Both the position numbers and the translations under genes were made by a program. From Macrostomum lignano (Eukaryota), in contig NIVC01000719.1 in NCBI GenBank assembly GCA_002269645.1, forward strand, positions 52,020 to 116,019: a stretch of DNA of 64,000 nt, read 5' to 3'. Of this stretch, positions 61,722 to 64,000 are shown piece after piece (position 1 is the first letter of the stretch; every line of letters starts with the position of its first letter). The notes beneath the pieces are model-generated. The model had not been told where the DNA came from, ran no database searches, and saw only the letters and a program-made list of their open reading frames with translations.

Positions 61722-62699
61722 CGATATGAAACAGATTTGCATACCAAAATGTGGATATGGTCATGGATGTGGATTACTATTTTGTGGAATCAATATGGAT
61801 AGGGTTATAAATAGCAGATGCAGAAAATCTCTAGATTTTGTTCTATCAAAACATTGATTTATATTCTGCTTTTTATCTAGTTCTATTTAATTTTTAGATA
61901 AATTTTTCTTATTCAAATTTATTGTGAATAATTATGGAAAATCATTGTCTCCATTTTCAATAAACAAATCACAATGAGGAAATCACATAAAAATTGGCAC
62001 ATAAAAACAAGAAACTAATCAATCTAGACTTGAACTATCTAGTTGAACTATTTAGAATCTAAACTTAAACTTTATACACTTGTAGTCTCTAGAAGTATAC
62101 ATGTTATGTATGTACAGTAGCGCAACTAAAAATTTTTTGAGGGGATGGATTCTGGAGGGTAAAGTCCCAGGAGGGGGGGCGGAAGGGGTGGCTCTATTTT
62201 TGGCAAAAATTCACTTGGTCCCCCCTTTGATTTTTTTTGGGTCTCCGCCTATGGGGGGCAGCTGCCCCCCCCCCTGGTTGCGCCACTGTGTATATACATT
62301 TTTCTATTATATCTAGGCCTAGCAAAAAAATAACTTTAAATCTAATCAAATTTCTTATTTTTTATTATCAGTAGTATTAAAATTTATAAATAAATTTATA
62401 ATATATAAATTATATAAATTTATAATGTATTTATAATATAAATTTATTTAGAGCAGCTATACTTTTTAAAACAGAGAAACTGATTTTCCATTATTATTTC
62501 ACAATAAATTTAAATGAGAACAATTTATCTGAAAATAGGGCCTAAACAGAAATAGAAATAATGCAGAATATAAATCCATGTTATAACAGATCTAAATCTG
62601 AAGATTTTCTGCATTTGCTATTTATACATTTGTATTGATTCCACAAAATAGTAATCTTCATCCATATTTGCATTTTAGTATACAAATCCTTTTTATATC
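61722..62699. mobile_element. Old AT-rich inverted-repeat (foldback/MITE) element, arms ~61722-61952 and ~62474-62699
   Basis: GATTACTATTTTGTGGAATCAAT, AAATAGCA(G/A)ATGCAGAAAATC and AAATTTATTGTGAA are all present in inverted orientation. Confidence 0.75.
62115..62288. mobile_element. 174-bp hAT-type MITE nested in the inverted-repeat element
   Basis: TIRs CAGTAGCGCAAC and GTTGCGCCACTG (11/12); 8-bp TSD TGTATGTA / TGTATATA (7/8). Confidence 0.85.
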
Positions 62700-63252
62700 C
62701 ATGTCCTATTAGCTCTTAATAAATATATTATTATATACAATATAAAATAGGCCTTACATATTGGGTACTAGTCCTTTCAGTGACAAGTCATTTCAGTGAC
62801 AGATGTTTTGGTGACAAATAGTTGTTTCAGTGACAAGTTGCTTTTGTTACAGACACACTTTATTTGAGTAATAGGAGGTACTTCAGAATAGGCCTATCAG
62901 CTTGTAGCTTTTTTATGTTTCATTCAAATTTGAACATTTTCATCAACTACCATATAAAAAAGAAATCAAACTAATTATATGGTTTTCTTTTTGTGCAGAT
63001 TGTTTTGAAGTTTCCTAAAATATTTTGAAACATAAACCATAAACTTATAAAGAATCCTCATGAAATGCTGACCACGAGAAAAGCAGAGATATTCACTAGA
63101 CACATTGACATTTAGGTAATTTTCTGTTAAAAATAAAATGGCTATATCACAAAAAGATATTTTTCTTATCACCAAAATGACTTGCTTGTCACCAAAATAT
63201 CACTGAAACATCTTATCACCAAAGTGACTATGATCCTATATATTAGCCATGA

Positions 63253-63610
63253 GGGGCCTTAGCCCAGTAGTCTAGCACAGGCTCTGGTGTGCTAGCAACC
63301 CAGGCTCGATTCCAAGTGCAGTCACATTAATTTGGGGCTGAATTGGAATCTTGGCTTGGCTCTGCTCGTGCAATTAACGGCCTTGAGAGCCAACCCCCAA
63401 GGCGCAGTGAAGTGTACATGCCTAACGATAAAATAAGTTAGGGCCGCTGCACACTCCTGTGTGAGTGTGTGCCTGCGTACGTATCCACGCAGCTTGTATG
63501 CCTGCTCAAAGGAGTTGGCAGAATGGGCAGTAATGCCTCTCGCTGGTTGTGTGCCCATGTTGCTTAAAATGCACCAGGGTGCACACAACCTCTGCCTCTA
63601 ATAAAAAATA
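63253..63610 (+). mobile_element. tRNA-headed SINE, longest copy of the second SINE family
   Basis: GGGGCCTTAGCCCAGTAG (A-box-like) and AGGCTCGATTCC (B-box-like); central block shared with 35335-35490 and 53434-53475; A-rich end. Confidence 0.65.
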
Positions 63611-64000
63611 TATATTAGCCACACTTAGGAAGGTTATCACATCTGTATGGAAATATATTTTAGCATATTTTTGGAATGTGCTGTGTGCAAAGCTAAAATA
63701 TAAGTTTGTATACCAAGGCCTACATTTGTTTATTTATATATTTAGTTAGAGCACTAATGCATAATAGAACTAAAAAACTGAGTAAAATGTGAATTAAATC
63801 AATAAGTTAAAATAACAGTATAAGAGATCAATTTTATATCTTTCAAACTGATTACTAGTAAGCACTTTTTAATTTAAAACTGTTTTTTAGCTCACATTGA
63901 AAATTGTCAAAAATCAGCTAAAACTTTCTGATAAAGTGCCATTTTGAATTGAATTATTTGTTTAACTTACCAAAAAGCAATTATTTAATTGATTAATTTG

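Overview
Metazoan nuclear genomic DNA; no prokaryotic features, CRISPR arrays, rRNA or true tRNA genes were found. GC-rich, intron-poor genes with poly-Ala/Gln tracts alternate with many different minisatellites. That style suggests a Macrostomum-like free-living flatworm, which is an inference only. Minus strand, left end: an Evi1/MECOM-PRDM16-type zinc-finger gene with one in-frame TAG, and a PDPR-like flavoprotein gene with two single-base frameshifts at short homopolymers. Plus strand, 17.8-46.2 kb: seven consecutive co-oriented genes (an unknown repeat protein, FTSJ3, THOC1, SEC23, a divergent HSF, TRMT61A, ALG6), mostly 0.7-1 kb apart once the arrays are discounted. Several have an acceptor-like AG just upstream of the ATG, as in a trans-spliced operon. 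A TSC22D/bunched-like gene follows. Nearly every intron and spacer holds its own tandem array. Mobile DNA: a FLYWCH-MULE remnant split by a hairpin MITE, mariner, Tc1-like and hAT MITEs, two tRNA-SINE families, and foldback elements. The most unusual structure is a 4.2-kb foldback whose arms are 177-bp tandem arrays and whose whole interior is a 5'-truncated RTE LINE. Old repeats are CpG-depleted and show recurrent CpA-to-TpA differences.
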